A stretch of DNA of 64,000 nt, from the NCBI GenBank assembly GCA_963792415.1, contig CAWBVY010000004.1, positions 544,001 to 608,000 on the forward strand, in the 5' to 3' direction. The notes under the pieces were generated by a model. The model made no database searches. It was not told the origin of the DNA and saw only the letters and a list, made by a program, of their open reading frames with translations. This stretch comes from Candidatus Deferrimicrobiaceae bacterium (lineage in GTDB: Bacteria > Desulfobacterota > Deferrimicrobia > Deferrimicrobiales > Deferrimicrobiaceae). This document shows, in pieces, positions 49,354-58,364 of the stretch. The translations under genes and the position numbers were made by a program. How positions within the stretch are numbered: the stretch's first letter is position 1; every line of letters starts with the position of its first letter.

Positions 49354-50400
49354 CTAGTACAGCGATTTTCCCTTGAAGGAGATCTGCTTCAGCGTCTGGT
49401 CGACCTTCTCCACCACGTCTTTCGGCAGCGGCGCGTAGTCGAGCGCGGCCTCCATCTTCTGGCCGTCGCGGATCGCCCACTTGAGGAACTGTACAACGGC
49501 CTTCCCCCTGGCCTCGTCCTTCTGGTCCTTGTACACGAGGATCCAGGTGAGCCCGGAGATGGGCCATGACTCCTTCCCGGGAGCGTCGACGAGCGAGACG
49601 CGGAAATCGGCGGGCATCGACTTCGCCACTCCCGCGGCGGCGGCGGAGGTCGCCTCCAGTGTTGGTGTTACGAATTGTCCGTCCTTGTTCCGCAGCGACG
49701 CCACCGTCATCTTGTTCTGCTTGGCGTACGCGAGCTCGACGTATCCGATGGCCCCCGGCGTCTGTTTCACCACGCCGGCCACCCCCTCGTTCCCCTTGCC
49801 GCCGATCCCCAGCGGCCAGTTGACCGCCTTGCCGTGTCCGACCTTGGCCCGCCACTCGGTGTTCACCGTGGCCAGGTAGTTCGTGAAGATGTCCGTGGTA
49901 CCCGACCCGTCGGAGCGGTGGGCGACCACGATGTCCGCGTTCGGCATCGTGACGGTCTTGTTCAACTCCGCGATCCTCGGATCGTTCCAGCGGGTGATCT
50001 TCCCGAGGAAGATCCCGGCGAGGAGGTCGGGAGTCAGTTTCAGGCCGGACCCGACCTTGTCGAGGTTGTACACGACCACGACGGCGCCCATCGCGGTGGG
50101 GATGTGCAGGATCGCGCCCGGAAGCTTCGCCATCTCCTCCGCGGACATGGGGGCGTCCGTCGCGCCGAAATCGACGGTCCCCGCGGTGATCTGCTTGATC
50201 CCCCCCCCGGAGCCGATCGACTGGTAGTTGAACCTCACGCCCGGATTGGCGTTCGAATATTCGTAGAACCATTTCGAATAGAGCGGGTAAGGGAACGTCG
50301 CCCCCGCCCCGTTGATCATCAGTGGATCCGCCGCGAACGCGAATGACACGACGGCGAGCGTTGCCAGGACCCCTGCAAGAACTCCGTAGATCTTTTTCAT
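49354..50400 (-). CDS. pstS: Phosphate ABC transporter substrate-binding protein
   Basis: Signal peptide; GAGATFPYP, YQSIGSGGG, RSDGSGTT, GKGNEGV, IGYVE. Confidence 0.97.
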   Translation of the reverse strand: MKKIYGVLAGVLATLAVVSFAFAADPLMINGAGATFPYPLYSKWFYEYSNANPGVRFNYQSIGSGGGIKQITAGTVDFGATDAPMSAEEMAKLPGAILHIPTAMGAVVVVYNLDKVGSGLKLTPDLLAGIFLGKITRWNDPRIAELNKTVTMPNADIVVAHRSDGSGTTDIFTNYLATVNTEWRAKVGHGKAVNWPLGIGGKGNEGVAGVVKQTPGAIGYVELAYAKQNKMTVASLRNKDGQFVTPTLEATSAAAAGVAKSMPADFRVSLVDAPGKESWPISGLTWILVYKDQKDEARGKAVVQFLKWAIRDGQKMEAALDYAPLPKDVVEKVDQTLKQISFKGKSLY

Positions 50401-50479
50401 GCTGTCGACCCCCTGAGAGATGGATTCGCCTTGGCGGCTTGAGGGTACCCTACGTTGTGTACATCAAGTGGGGGTGTGC

Positions 50480-50501
50480 CGTGTGTGAAGTTCGTGTTAA
50501 G
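50480..50501 (-). promoter_or_regulatory. Putative PHO box upstream of pstS
   Basis: Minus strand 11-nt-period repeats CTTAACACGAA/CTTCACACACG (TTHACA-N5 type). Confidence 0.55.
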
Positions 50502-50583
50502 AAACCCCGCCCCGCGAGATTCCTGTTGATAATCGATGAGCGCGAATTTATGATCTCCGGAACAACACTCCAGGAGGTATGCG

Positions 50584-50919
50584 ATGAGGAAAGTGGCGTT
50601 CTTGACAGCGTTGATCGCAGCGGTGGTCTTCGCAGCGGGTCCGGGATTCGCCGCCGCTCCGGACAAGCCCCTCGTCCTGAAGGCCGAGAAGTCGAAGGGG
50701 CCGGTCACCTTCGACCACGCGAAGCACGGCAAGGATTGCGCCGCATGCCACCACAAGGACAAGGCCGGGGCCGAGCAGAAGTGCGGGAAGTGCCACGGCG
50801 ACAAGACCGAGGGGAAGAAGCTCTCCGCGAAGGAAGCGTTCCACACCCAGTGCAAGGATTGCCACAAGAAGTCGAACAAGGGTCCCTACAAGAAGTGCGA
50901 CGACTGCCACAAGAAGTAG
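50584..50919 (+). CDS. Periplasmic tetraheme cytochrome c3-family protein
   Basis: GGAGG RBS, signal peptide, VTFDHAKH, four CxxCH motifs (CAACH, CGKCH, CKDCH, CDDCH). Confidence 0.92.
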   Translation: MRKVAFLTALIAAVVFAAGPGFAAAPDKPLVLKAEKSKGPVTFDHAKHGKDCAACHHKDKAGAEQKCGKCHGDKTEGKKLSAKEAFHTQCKDCHKKSNKGPYKKCDDCHKK

Positions 50920-50970
50920 TCGCGTCAACCGCCCGGGACTGACCGACCCCGCCGTCGCGTCGGCGGGGGG

Positions 50971-51004
50971 AGGGGCGGGGGGATCCCCCGCCCCTTTCCT
51001 TTTC
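50971..51004 (+). terminator. Intrinsic terminator
   Basis: aggggcggggg/cccccgcccct stem followed by ttccttttc. Confidence 0.7.
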
Positions 51005-51011
51005 GGGGGAA

Positions 51012-52793
51012 TTACCCGGGGATCCGGATCGTGAAGCGGGTGCCGACGCCTATGCGGCTTTCCACCCGGATCGTCCCCCCGTGCGATTCGACGATGTGTT
51101 TCCCGATGGAGAGACCCAGGCCCGTCCCCCCCAGATCCCTCGACCGGCCCTTGTCGACGCGGTAGAACCGCTCGAAGATCCGGGAAAGGTGGTCCTGGGA
51201 GATCCCCGGTCCGTCGTCCGCCACCTCGAGGAGGCATGCGTCCCCCTCCATCCGGCCGGAGAGGGTGACGCGTCCCCCCGCCTTCCCGTACTTCAGGGCG
51301 TTGTCCACCAGGTTCGAGACGGCGAGGGCCAGCTTCCGGACGTCGGCGCGCAAGGTTCCCTCGCTCGCCGTCACGTCGATAACCTTTCCCATCCGGCCCG
51401 CCGCGGGACGATGCGGGTCGGCCACCCGAAAGAGGAAGACGGAGAGGGGGATCTCCTCCTTACCCAGCGGCACGGAGCCGGACTCGGCGCGGGAAAGCTC
51501 GAGGAGATCGTCGAGCAATCGTTCCATCCGGAGGGCGTTCCCGAGCGCCACGTCGACGAAGGACGGTTCCGGCGCGGCCCCTTCCCGGATCGAATCCTGG
51601 ATCGCCTCGAGGTACCCCCGGATGTTCGTCAGCGGCGTGCGCAGTTCGTGGGAGGCGTTCGACACGAAGTCGCTCTTGATCTGCGCCAGCCGCCGCTCCT
51701 CGGTGACGTCCCGAAGGGTGAGGAGGACGTCCACGTCCGATTCCCCGAGGTACCGGACCGTCGTCCCGGAACATCGGATCGTCCGGCTTCCCCGGCGCGT
51801 CATGATGGAAACGTCCCGCGATTTCGGCTGCTCGCCCTTCATCCATCCGTCGATGAAGGCGAGGGCCTGGGGATGACGGATCACTTCCGGGTACGGGCGT
51901 CCCGCGCCCATCGTCTCCGAGGCGTCGAAGATCTTCCCGGCTTCACGGTTCATCATCCGCACCGACCGGTCCGCCGCGATGACGATGACCCCGTCGTCGA
52001 GGTTGGCGAGCAGCGTCTCCAGGCGGGCTTTCCCCGCGTCCAGCTGTCCGATCGTGGCGGCAAGGTGCGACGCCATCCGGTTCATCGCGTTCGCCATGGC
52101 TTCTAGCTCATCGCCCGTCCGGATCTGGGCGCGCCGCGCGAGGTTGCCGGCCCCCATCTCCTTCGCCGCCGCCCGCATCTCCGCCAGGGGGCCGGTGACC
52201 TTCCGCGCCATGAAGGCGGCTCCCCCGAGGATGAGGAGGAGCGCGGCGAATCCCGTTCCCCAGATGATCGCGGTGATCTGCCAGAGGCGGCGGGTGAGGA
52301 CCGCGACGGGGACCGAGGCGCGGGCCGCTCCGACGATCGCGCCCTCGATCGAGATCGGGATGGCCGCGTACCGCTGTTCCTCGCGGACGGTGATGCTTCG
52401 CCGGAGGGATACCCCCGTCGTCCCCGACAGTGCGTCGCGGATCTCGGGGTGGTGCGCGTGGTTCTCCATGCCCGAAACGCCGGCCGCCCCCACGGCGGAA
52501 TCGGCGACCACGGTTCCGTCGGGCAGGACGACGGTGATGCGCGCTCCGATCTCCTTCCCGAGGCGGTCCCCTTCCCGGGAGATTCGCTCCCTGTCCTGGA
52601 CGGGGTCCGCGAGCAACGGCCGGAACGTTTCGGCGACGATGTGGGCCCGGGCGAGCAGGTTCTCGTCCGCGTCCGCCATCACGAGACTTCGCACGAGGAA
52701 GAAGCCGACGGCGCCGGCGATCAAAAGCGCGATCCCGGCGATCACGAGGTGCGTGAGGAAGAATTTCGCGGCGATGGAGAGGCGGCGGGCCAA
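51012..52793 (-). CDS. phoR: PhoR-like sensor histidine kinase (HAMP, PAS, HisKA, HATPase)
   Basis: ENHAHHPEI, DFVSNASHELRTPLT, NLVDNALKY, IFERFYRVDKGRSR..GGTGLGL. Confidence 0.92.
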   Translation of the reverse strand: MARRLSIAAKFFLTHLVIAGIALLIAGAVGFFLVRSLVMADADENLLARAHIVAETFRPLLADPVQDRERISREGDRLGKEIGARITVVLPDGTVVADSAVGAAGVSGMENHAHHPEIRDALSGTTGVSLRRSITVREEQRYAAIPISIEGAIVGAARASVPVAVLTRRLWQITAIIWGTGFAALLLILGGAAFMARKVTGPLAEMRAAAKEMGAGNLARRAQIRTGDELEAMANAMNRMASHLAATIGQLDAGKARLETLLANLDDGVIVIAADRSVRMMNREAGKIFDASETMGAGRPYPEVIRHPQALAFIDGWMKGEQPKSRDVSIMTRRGSRTIRCSGTTVRYLGESDVDVLLTLRDVTEERRLAQIKSDFVSNASHELRTPLTNIRGYLEAIQDSIREGAAPEPSFVDVALGNALRMERLLDDLLELSRAESGSVPLGKEEIPLSVFLFRVADPHRPAAGRMGKVIDVTASEGTLRADVRKLALAVSNLVDNALKYGKAGGRVTLSGRMEGDACLLEVADDGPGISQDHLSRIFERFYRVDKGRSRDLGGTGLGLSIGKHIVESHGGTIRVESRIGVGTRFTIRIPG

Positions 52794-52799
52794 GCGGCG

Positions 52800-53522
52800 T
52801 CAGCTTTCCCGAAGTTTGTAGCCGACGTCCTTGACCGTCTCGATCGCCTTGGCCAGGAAGGGGATCTTCTGGCGAAGCTTCGCGATGTGGACGTCGACCG
52901 TGCGGTCGATCACGTGCGTGTCCTCCCCCCAGACCTTCGTAAGGATCGCCTCGCGGGAGAGGACCCGCCCCGAAGAGGAGAGGAGCGTCTGAAGGATGCG
53001 AAATTCCTTGGAGGTGAGGGAGACCGGCTTCCCCTGGCACCGGACCTCGTGGCGGGCCACGTCCATCCGCAGCTCCCGGTAGGCCAACGTTGCCGGCTCG
53101 GGTTCCTGGGACCCGGGGCGACTCCGGCGCAGGATCGCCTTGATCCGGGCCACGACCTCCCTCGGGCTGAACGGCTTCGGTATGTAGTCGTCCGCGCCCA
53201 GCTCCAGCCCGACGATCCGGTCCGTCTCGTCCCCCTTCGCGGTGAGCATCACCACCGGCGTCCTGCCGATCGCATCGTCCGACCGGATCGCCCGCAGCAC
53301 TTCCAGCCCGTCGGCCTTCGGGAGAAGGATGTCGAGGAGAACCAGGTCGGGCTTCTCCTTCCTCGCCTTGAGAATCGCCGTTTCTCCGTCCGGCGCGAGA
53401 AGCGCGGAGAACCCCTCCTTGCGCAGGTAGTGGGCGAGCAGGTCCCGGATCTCTTTTTCGTCTTCGACGACGAGGATCGAGCGCGGCAAGGCGGTCTCCG
53501 GGGTTTCCGATGCGAGACCCAT
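52800..53522 (-). CDS. phoB: PhoB/PhoP-like OmpR-family response regulator
   Basis: ILVVEDE, LTAKG, GLELGADDYIPKPF, RTVDVHIAKLRQK; next to phoR and the pst operon. Confidence 0.9.
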   Translation of the reverse strand: MGLASETPETALPRSILVVEDEKEIRDLLAHYLRKEGFSALLAPDGETAILKARKEKPDLVLLDILLPKADGLEVLRAIRSDDAIGRTPVVMLTAKGDETDRIVGLELGADDYIPKPFSPREVVARIKAILRRSRPGSQEPEPATLAYRELRMDVARHEVRCQGKPVSLTSKEFRILQTLLSSSGRVLSREAILTKVWGEDTHVIDRTVDVHIAKLRQKIPFLAKAIETVKDVGYKLRES

Positions 53523-54871
53523 TATAGGGGGTTTCGGGGGGCCGGTACACCTTCACAGAAGAGGCGAATCCGGTTTTCCAACTCACGGTAGGTGGAACGA
53601 AAGGCATTCCTCCTCGCGAGTTCATCCCCTTCCGCCGCCGCCGGATCGGGCACTCCCCAGTGGGCCGTCACCGGGGATCCGGGCCAGACCGGGCACACCT
53701 CTCCCGCCGCGTCGTCGCAGACGGTGAAGACGAAATCGAGTTCGGGGGACCCGGGGCGGGCGAACTCCTCCCAGCTCTTGCTGCGGCAACCTTCCGTCGG
53801 GTACCCGAGCGATTGGAGGAGCTCCAGGGCAAGAGGGTGCACGGCCCCCTTCGGGTGACTTCCGGCGCTGTATCCCCGGAACCGTCCTTCGCCGAGTCGT
53901 GTGATCAGGGCTTCGGCGAGGATGCTGCGCGCGGAATTCCCCGTGCAGAGGAACAGAACGTTGCAGACCTTCGGATTCTTCGTGAGCGGAACGTCCGGAG
54001 AGGGGAACTCCTTCGGGACCACGACCTGAAGGAGGGCGTCCGTCACCGTGAACCGGACCGGGAGCGGCCCCAGGTACTCCCCGTCGACCTGGCAGGCGGA
54101 CGGGATCGGGCAGCGGACGAAGAGGGAAGGGCTCTCCCGGACCAGGACGTGGCGGGAGGCGACGTGCTTCCCCCGCAGGGCGTCGAGGGCGAACTTCGCG
54201 ATCGACCAGCGCCCTTTCCGGAGGAGGGCGATCACCTGGAACGTCTCCCCGGCGATGTCCCCACCGGGTGCGATCGTCACGTTCCCGCCGTATTTTTTCC
54301 CCCGCGCGACGATGACGGCCTGCGCCTCGATCCGCTGGCGGTCCGGGAATTCGAGCCAGAGGGTCGGCTGGGAGCGGAGGAGGTGCCGCGCGCCGCACAG
54401 GACGTAGGCGGCGATGCCGAGGAGGTTCTTCTGGCGGGAGTTCATCCGCTCCACCACCTCGGCGTCGAACCCCGCGGAGGCGAGCAGGACGAAGCGCCGG
54501 TCGTTCGCCTTCGCCATCCGGACGGAGATCGTCTTCCCGGAGGAGAGAAGGTCCAGGCACCCTTCCACCGATTCGGGGAGGGAGAACTCGCGGGCGAAGA
54601 CGTTCCCGGTACCGTGGGGGACGAAGGCCAGGCGGGTGGCGCTGCCCGCCAGCCCGTCCGCGACCTCGTTCATCGTGCCGTCCCCGCCGACGGCGACGAC
54701 GGCGTCGGCCCCTGCCAACGCCGCTTCGCGCGCCATCACGATGGCGTCCCCGGGGGCGGACGTCTCCCGGATCCGGAACGGGAGGCCGCGCGCCGAGAGG
54801 TACGCGCGGACCCGGCCGATCCGCTTCACGACCTTGGGGCCGGCGACGGGGTTATGGATCACGTCGATCAT
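53522..54871 (-). CDS. Fusion of diacylglycerol kinase family (YegS/BmrU) and thioredoxin-type arsenate reductase ArsC (LMW-PTP fold)
   Basis: NPVAG, GGDGT, PHGTGNVFA, GFDA, QVDGE, then LFLCTGNSARS, TVCDDAAGEVCPVWPG, HWGVPDP in one frame. Confidence 0.85.
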   Translation of the reverse strand: MIDVIHNPVAGPKVVKRIGRVRAYLSARGLPFRIRETSAPGDAIVMAREAALAGADAVVAVGGDGTMNEVADGLAGSATRLAFVPHGTGNVFAREFSLPESVEGCLDLLSSGKTISVRMAKANDRRFVLLASAGFDAEVVERMNSRQKNLLGIAAYVLCGARHLLRSQPTLWLEFPDRQRIEAQAVIVARGKKYGGNVTIAPGGDIAGETFQVIALLRKGRWSIAKFALDALRGKHVASRHVLVRESPSLFVRCPIPSACQVDGEYLGPLPVRFTVTDALLQVVVPKEFPSPDVPLTKNPKVCNVLFLCTGNSARSILAEALITRLGEGRFRGYSAGSHPKGAVHPLALELLQSLGYPTEGCRSKSWEEFARPGSPELDFVFTVCDDAAGEVCPVWPGSPVTAHWGVPDPAAAEGDELARRNAFRSTYRELENRIRLFCEGVPAPRNPL

Positions 54872-54899
54872 TCGAAGCGATTATAGGATACTTTACGGT

Positions 54900-55757
54900 A
54901 TGCGTCCCTTTTTCCCAGGCAGGGAGCGGGGGCGGCCGGTCTTCGTCGCCCACCGCGGCGCGTCCGACCGCGCGCTCGAGAACTCCCCGGCCGCGTTCGC
55001 CCTGGCGGTCGCGGCTGGCGCCGACATGATCGAGTTCGACGTGCGGCTGTCGTCCGACGGCGTCCCGGTCGTTTTCCACGACGACCGCACGGGGAGGACG
55101 GCGAGGGAGAACCTGGCCGTCGCGCGCACGCCGGCGGCGCGTCTCCGGTCGGTCCGGCTGAAGAACGGGGAGAAGCTCCCGTTTCTCGCCGACGTGCTCG
55201 AGATCGTCGGGGGGAAGGTCCCGGTCAACATCGAGTCGAAAGCGCCCGGCGGGATCGCCGCCGCCGCGAAGGCGCTGTGGAGGGCGGGCTGCGGCGGGGA
55301 ACTTCTCCTGTCGTCGGGGCTGCGCGACGAGTGCCTCGCCGCGCGGGACCTGCTTCCCGGGATCCCCTGCGGACTGGTCACCCGCCGCCCGTCGGCGTCC
55401 GACCTCGCCTTCTGCCACCGCCACGGGATCTCCTCGATCCACCCCGCCCGCCGGCTTCTCACCGTGCTGCGGCTTCGGAAGCTGGCGGCATCGGGGATCC
55501 CGTTCCTGCCGTACACGGTCGACGACCCGGCGGAGGCGTTCGCGCTGATCGCCGCCGGCGCCGCCGGCGTCTTCTCCGACCGCGCCCTGACCCTCCGCGA
55601 GGAGTGGACGGCAGGCGCTCAGCGATCCGCCTACCGCCCCAGCTCGGCGCCGAGGATGTACTCCTTCGCGCTGTTGACGGCGGTGGCCGCCTCGCCGGAC
55701 CCCGCGGTGATGAGGAGGATCTTGCCGGGGTACGTGACGATGTCCCCCGCCGCGTAG
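54900..55757 (+). CDS. Glycerophosphodiester phosphodiesterase (GlpQ/UgpQ family)
   Basis: VAHRGAS..ENS, IEFDVRLSSDG..VVFHD, NIESK, YTVDD, GVFSD. Confidence 0.9.
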   Translation: MRPFFPGRERGRPVFVAHRGASDRALENSPAAFALAVAAGADMIEFDVRLSSDGVPVVFHDDRTGRTARENLAVARTPAARLRSVRLKNGEKLPFLADVLEIVGGKVPVNIESKAPGGIAAAAKALWRAGCGGELLLSSGLRDECLAARDLLPGIPCGLVTRRPSASDLAFCHRHGISSIHPARRLLTVLRLRKLAASGIPFLPYTVDDPAEAFALIAAGAAGVFSDRALTLREEWTAGAQRSAYRPSSAPRMYSFALLTAVAASPDPAVMRRILPGYVTMSPAA

Positions 55758-56599
55758 ACGCCGGGGAGGTTGGTGGACATGTCGGGTGCGACGGCGATCC
55801 CGCTGCCGACGATGTTCAGCCCCCAGTCCCGGAACGGCTCGATGTTCGTGAGCATCCCGATCGACAGGACGATCGCGTCCACCGCGATCGTCTCCTCGAG
55901 CCCGCTCCGCTCGTTCCAGATCACCGCCCCGGTCACCTTCTCCTCGCCCATCACCTCCTTCAGCGTGAAGTACGGGTACTTCACGCGCACGTTGGAGGAG
56001 AGGAGGCGGTGGACCATCGCCTCGTGGGCGTGCCACTTGTACATCCGGTGGCAAAGGGTGACCTCGGAGGCGATCCCGTCGAGGGAGAGCGCCCAGTCCA
56101 CCGCGCTGTTCCCCCCGCCGACGATCAGGACCTTTTTCCCCCGGAGCGGTTCGAACGAGGGGAGAAAGTAGAAGATCCCGTGCCCCTCGAAATCGATCAG
56201 GTTCGGGATGTCCAGCTTCCTGGGGACGAACGCGCCGCAGCCGGCGGCGAGGATCACGGTCTGGGTGTAGTGGATCCCCGCCGGCGTCGTCAGCTCGATG
56301 ACGCGCTCGCCGAGGATCCGCAGCCCGGTGACCCGCTGGTTGAGGACGACGGTCGGTTCGTACTGCATCGCCTGGGCGGTCAGCTCGCGGATGAGTTCCG
56401 CGGCGACGATATTGCGGTGGCCCGCGACGTCGAAGATCTCCTTTTCCGGGTACATGGAGATCAGCCGCCCGCCGACCTGTGGGTACGTCTCGATCAGCTT
56501 GGTGCGGCACTCCCGCAGCCCCGCGTAATACGCCGCGTAGAGCCCCACGGGCCCGGCGCCGACGACCGTTATGTCGAACATCTCGTCCGCCTTGACCAT
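55631..56599 (-). CDS. Thioredoxin reductase-type ferredoxin-NADP+ reductase (YumC-like)
   Basis: GAGPVGL, YPEKEIFDVAG, GGGNSAVDWA, YAAGDIVTYPGK; no CxxC. Confidence 0.88.
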   Translation of the reverse strand: MVKADEMFDITVVGAGPVGLYAAYYAGLRECRTKLIETYPQVGGRLISMYPEKEIFDVAGHRNIVAAELIRELTAQAMQYEPTVVLNQRVTGLRILGERVIELTTPAGIHYTQTVILAAGCGAFVPRKLDIPNLIDFEGHGIFYFLPSFEPLRGKKVLIVGGGNSAVDWALSLDGIASEVTLCHRMYKWHAHEAMVHRLLSSNVRVKYPYFTLKEVMGEEKVTGAVIWNERSGLEETIAVDAIVLSIGMLTNIEPFRDWGLNIVGSGIAVAPDMSTNLPGVYAAGDIVTYPGKILLITAGSGEAATAVNSAKEYILGAELGR

Positions 56600-56715
56600 T
56601 TTCGCACTATAGCAGAATCCCCCGGGCCGCCCACCCTCCGAATGGGGTGTGTTTCCGCCCCATGTCTGGTATATATTGTCTGTTTGCCATCCTGGTTTTC
56701 CCCGGAGCGAATCCG

Positions 56716-57741
56716 ATGGAGTTGCAGCAGTTGAAGCACCTGCCGCGCGCTTGGAAACGCGGGACCGACTTCCTCGGGACCCGGTACGCGATCATGTGCG
56801 GGGCGATGACCTGGGTCTCCGAGGCCAATCTCGTCTCGGCCATCTCGAACGAGGGCGGGTTCGGCGTGCTCGCGGGCGGGAACATGCCGCCGGAGATCCT
56901 GGCGAAGGAGATCGCGAAGACCCGCGGGATGACGAAAAACCCCTTCGGCGTGAACCTCATCACGGTGGCGCCGGCGTTCCGGCAGCACATCGAGGTAGTG
57001 ATCCGGGAAAAGTGCCCGTTCGTCTTCTTCGCGGGGAGCATCCCGGCGGGCCGGGACATCGCTGCAGTGAAGGACGCCGGACTGAAGGTGATCTGCTTCG
57101 CCCCCGTTCTGTCGCTGGCCAAGCGGATGATCAAGCAGGGGATCGACGCCCTCGTGATCGAGGGGAACGAGGCCGGGGGGCACATCGGCCCCGTGTCCAC
57201 CTCCGTCCTGGCGCAGGAGTTCCTCCTGAGCGTCACGGAGGTCCCCGTGTTCGTCGCGGGCGGGATCGGGACCGGGGAGATCATCGCCCACTACCTTTCG
57301 CTGGGGGCCGCCGGAGTCCAGCTCGGGACGCGGTTCGTCGCCGCCGAGGAGTGCGTCGCGCACCCCCGGTTCAAGGAGGCGTTCGTGCGGGCCTCGGCCC
57401 GCGACGCAATGCCCACCACGCAGTTCGACCCGTCGCTGCCAACGATCCCCGTGCGGGCGATCATCAACGAGGGGACGAAGGACTTCAACCGGCTCCAGCT
57501 CGACCTGCTGACCAAGGTGAAGGCGGGCGAGCTTCCGCGCGAGGAGGCCCAGGTCAAGCTCGAGGAGTTCTGGGTCGGGGCGCTGCGGAGCGCCGTGATC
57601 GACGGGGACGTCGAGCACGGGTCGCTCATGGCGGGCCAGAGCGTGGCGTTCGTGAAGAAGATCCAGCCGGTGCGGGAGATCCTCGACGACCTGGTGACGG
57701 GCGCCGAGGCGGCGCTCGCGCGCATGGCGGGGGAGGGGTGA
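56716..57741 (+). CDS. Nitronate monooxygenase / FabK-like flavoprotein
   Basis: PFGVNL, EGNEAGGHIG, AGGIG, GVQLGTRF, LMAGQS. Confidence 0.88.
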   Translation: MELQQLKHLPRAWKRGTDFLGTRYAIMCGAMTWVSEANLVSAISNEGGFGVLAGGNMPPEILAKEIAKTRGMTKNPFGVNLITVAPAFRQHIEVVIREKCPFVFFAGSIPAGRDIAAVKDAGLKVICFAPVLSLAKRMIKQGIDALVIEGNEAGGHIGPVSTSVLAQEFLLSVTEVPVFVAGGIGTGEIIAHYLSLGAAGVQLGTRFVAAEECVAHPRFKEAFVRASARDAMPTTQFDPSLPTIPVRAIINEGTKDFNRLQLDLLTKVKAGELPREEAQVKLEEFWVGALRSAVIDGDVEHGSLMAGQSVAFVKKIQPVREILDDLVTGAEAALARMAGEG

Positions 57742-58364
57742 TGTTCCGGATCATTCCGCGGGACCAGGAGTTCTTCGTTCTCTTCCAGAAGGCGTCGGAG
57801 AACATCATCGAGGGGGCGGAGCGGCTCAAGGCTCTCCTCGAGGATTTCAACGACGTGCGGGGGCGGGTACAGGCGATCGAGGAGGTGGAGCACAAGGGCG
57901 ATTCCCTCACCCACGAGATCATCAAGAGGCTGAACACCTCCTTCGTCACCCCGATCGACCGGGAGGACATCCTCGCGCTGGCGTCGTCCCTCGACGACGT
58001 GATCGACCTGATCTACGGGGCGGCCACCCGCCTCATGCTCTACAAGGTGACCGAGACCACCGCGTACGCGAAGGAGCTCGGGTTCCTCATCCTCAAGTCC
58101 GCCCAGGAGCTGCACAAGGGCGTCCTCCACCTTCCGTTGTCCAAGGGGCGGGACCGCGTCTACGAGCATTGCGTCGAGGTGAACTCCCTCGAGAACGAGG
58201 CGGACCGGGTCTGCCGGGACGCGATCGCGCACCTCTTCGAGCACGAGAAGGATCCCGTCGCGATCCTCAAGTGGAAAGAGATCTACGAGACGCTCGAGAC
58301 GGCGACCGACAGGTGCGAGGACGTCGCGAACGTCCTCGAGGGCGTGGCGCTCAAGAATGCCTGA
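57741..58364 (+). CDS. DUF47 (PhoU-like) Pit accessory protein
   Basis: EHKGD, FVTPIDREDI, LDDVID, ENEAD, LETATDRCEDVAN. Confidence 0.92.
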   Translation: MFRIIPRDQEFFVLFQKASENIIEGAERLKALLEDFNDVRGRVQAIEEVEHKGDSLTHEIIKRLNTSFVTPIDREDILALASSLDDVIDLIYGAATRLMLYKVTETTAYAKELGFLILKSAQELHKGVLHLPLSKGRDRVYEHCVEVNSLENEADRVCRDAIAHLFEHEKDPVAILKWKEIYETLETATDRCEDVANVLEGVALKNA

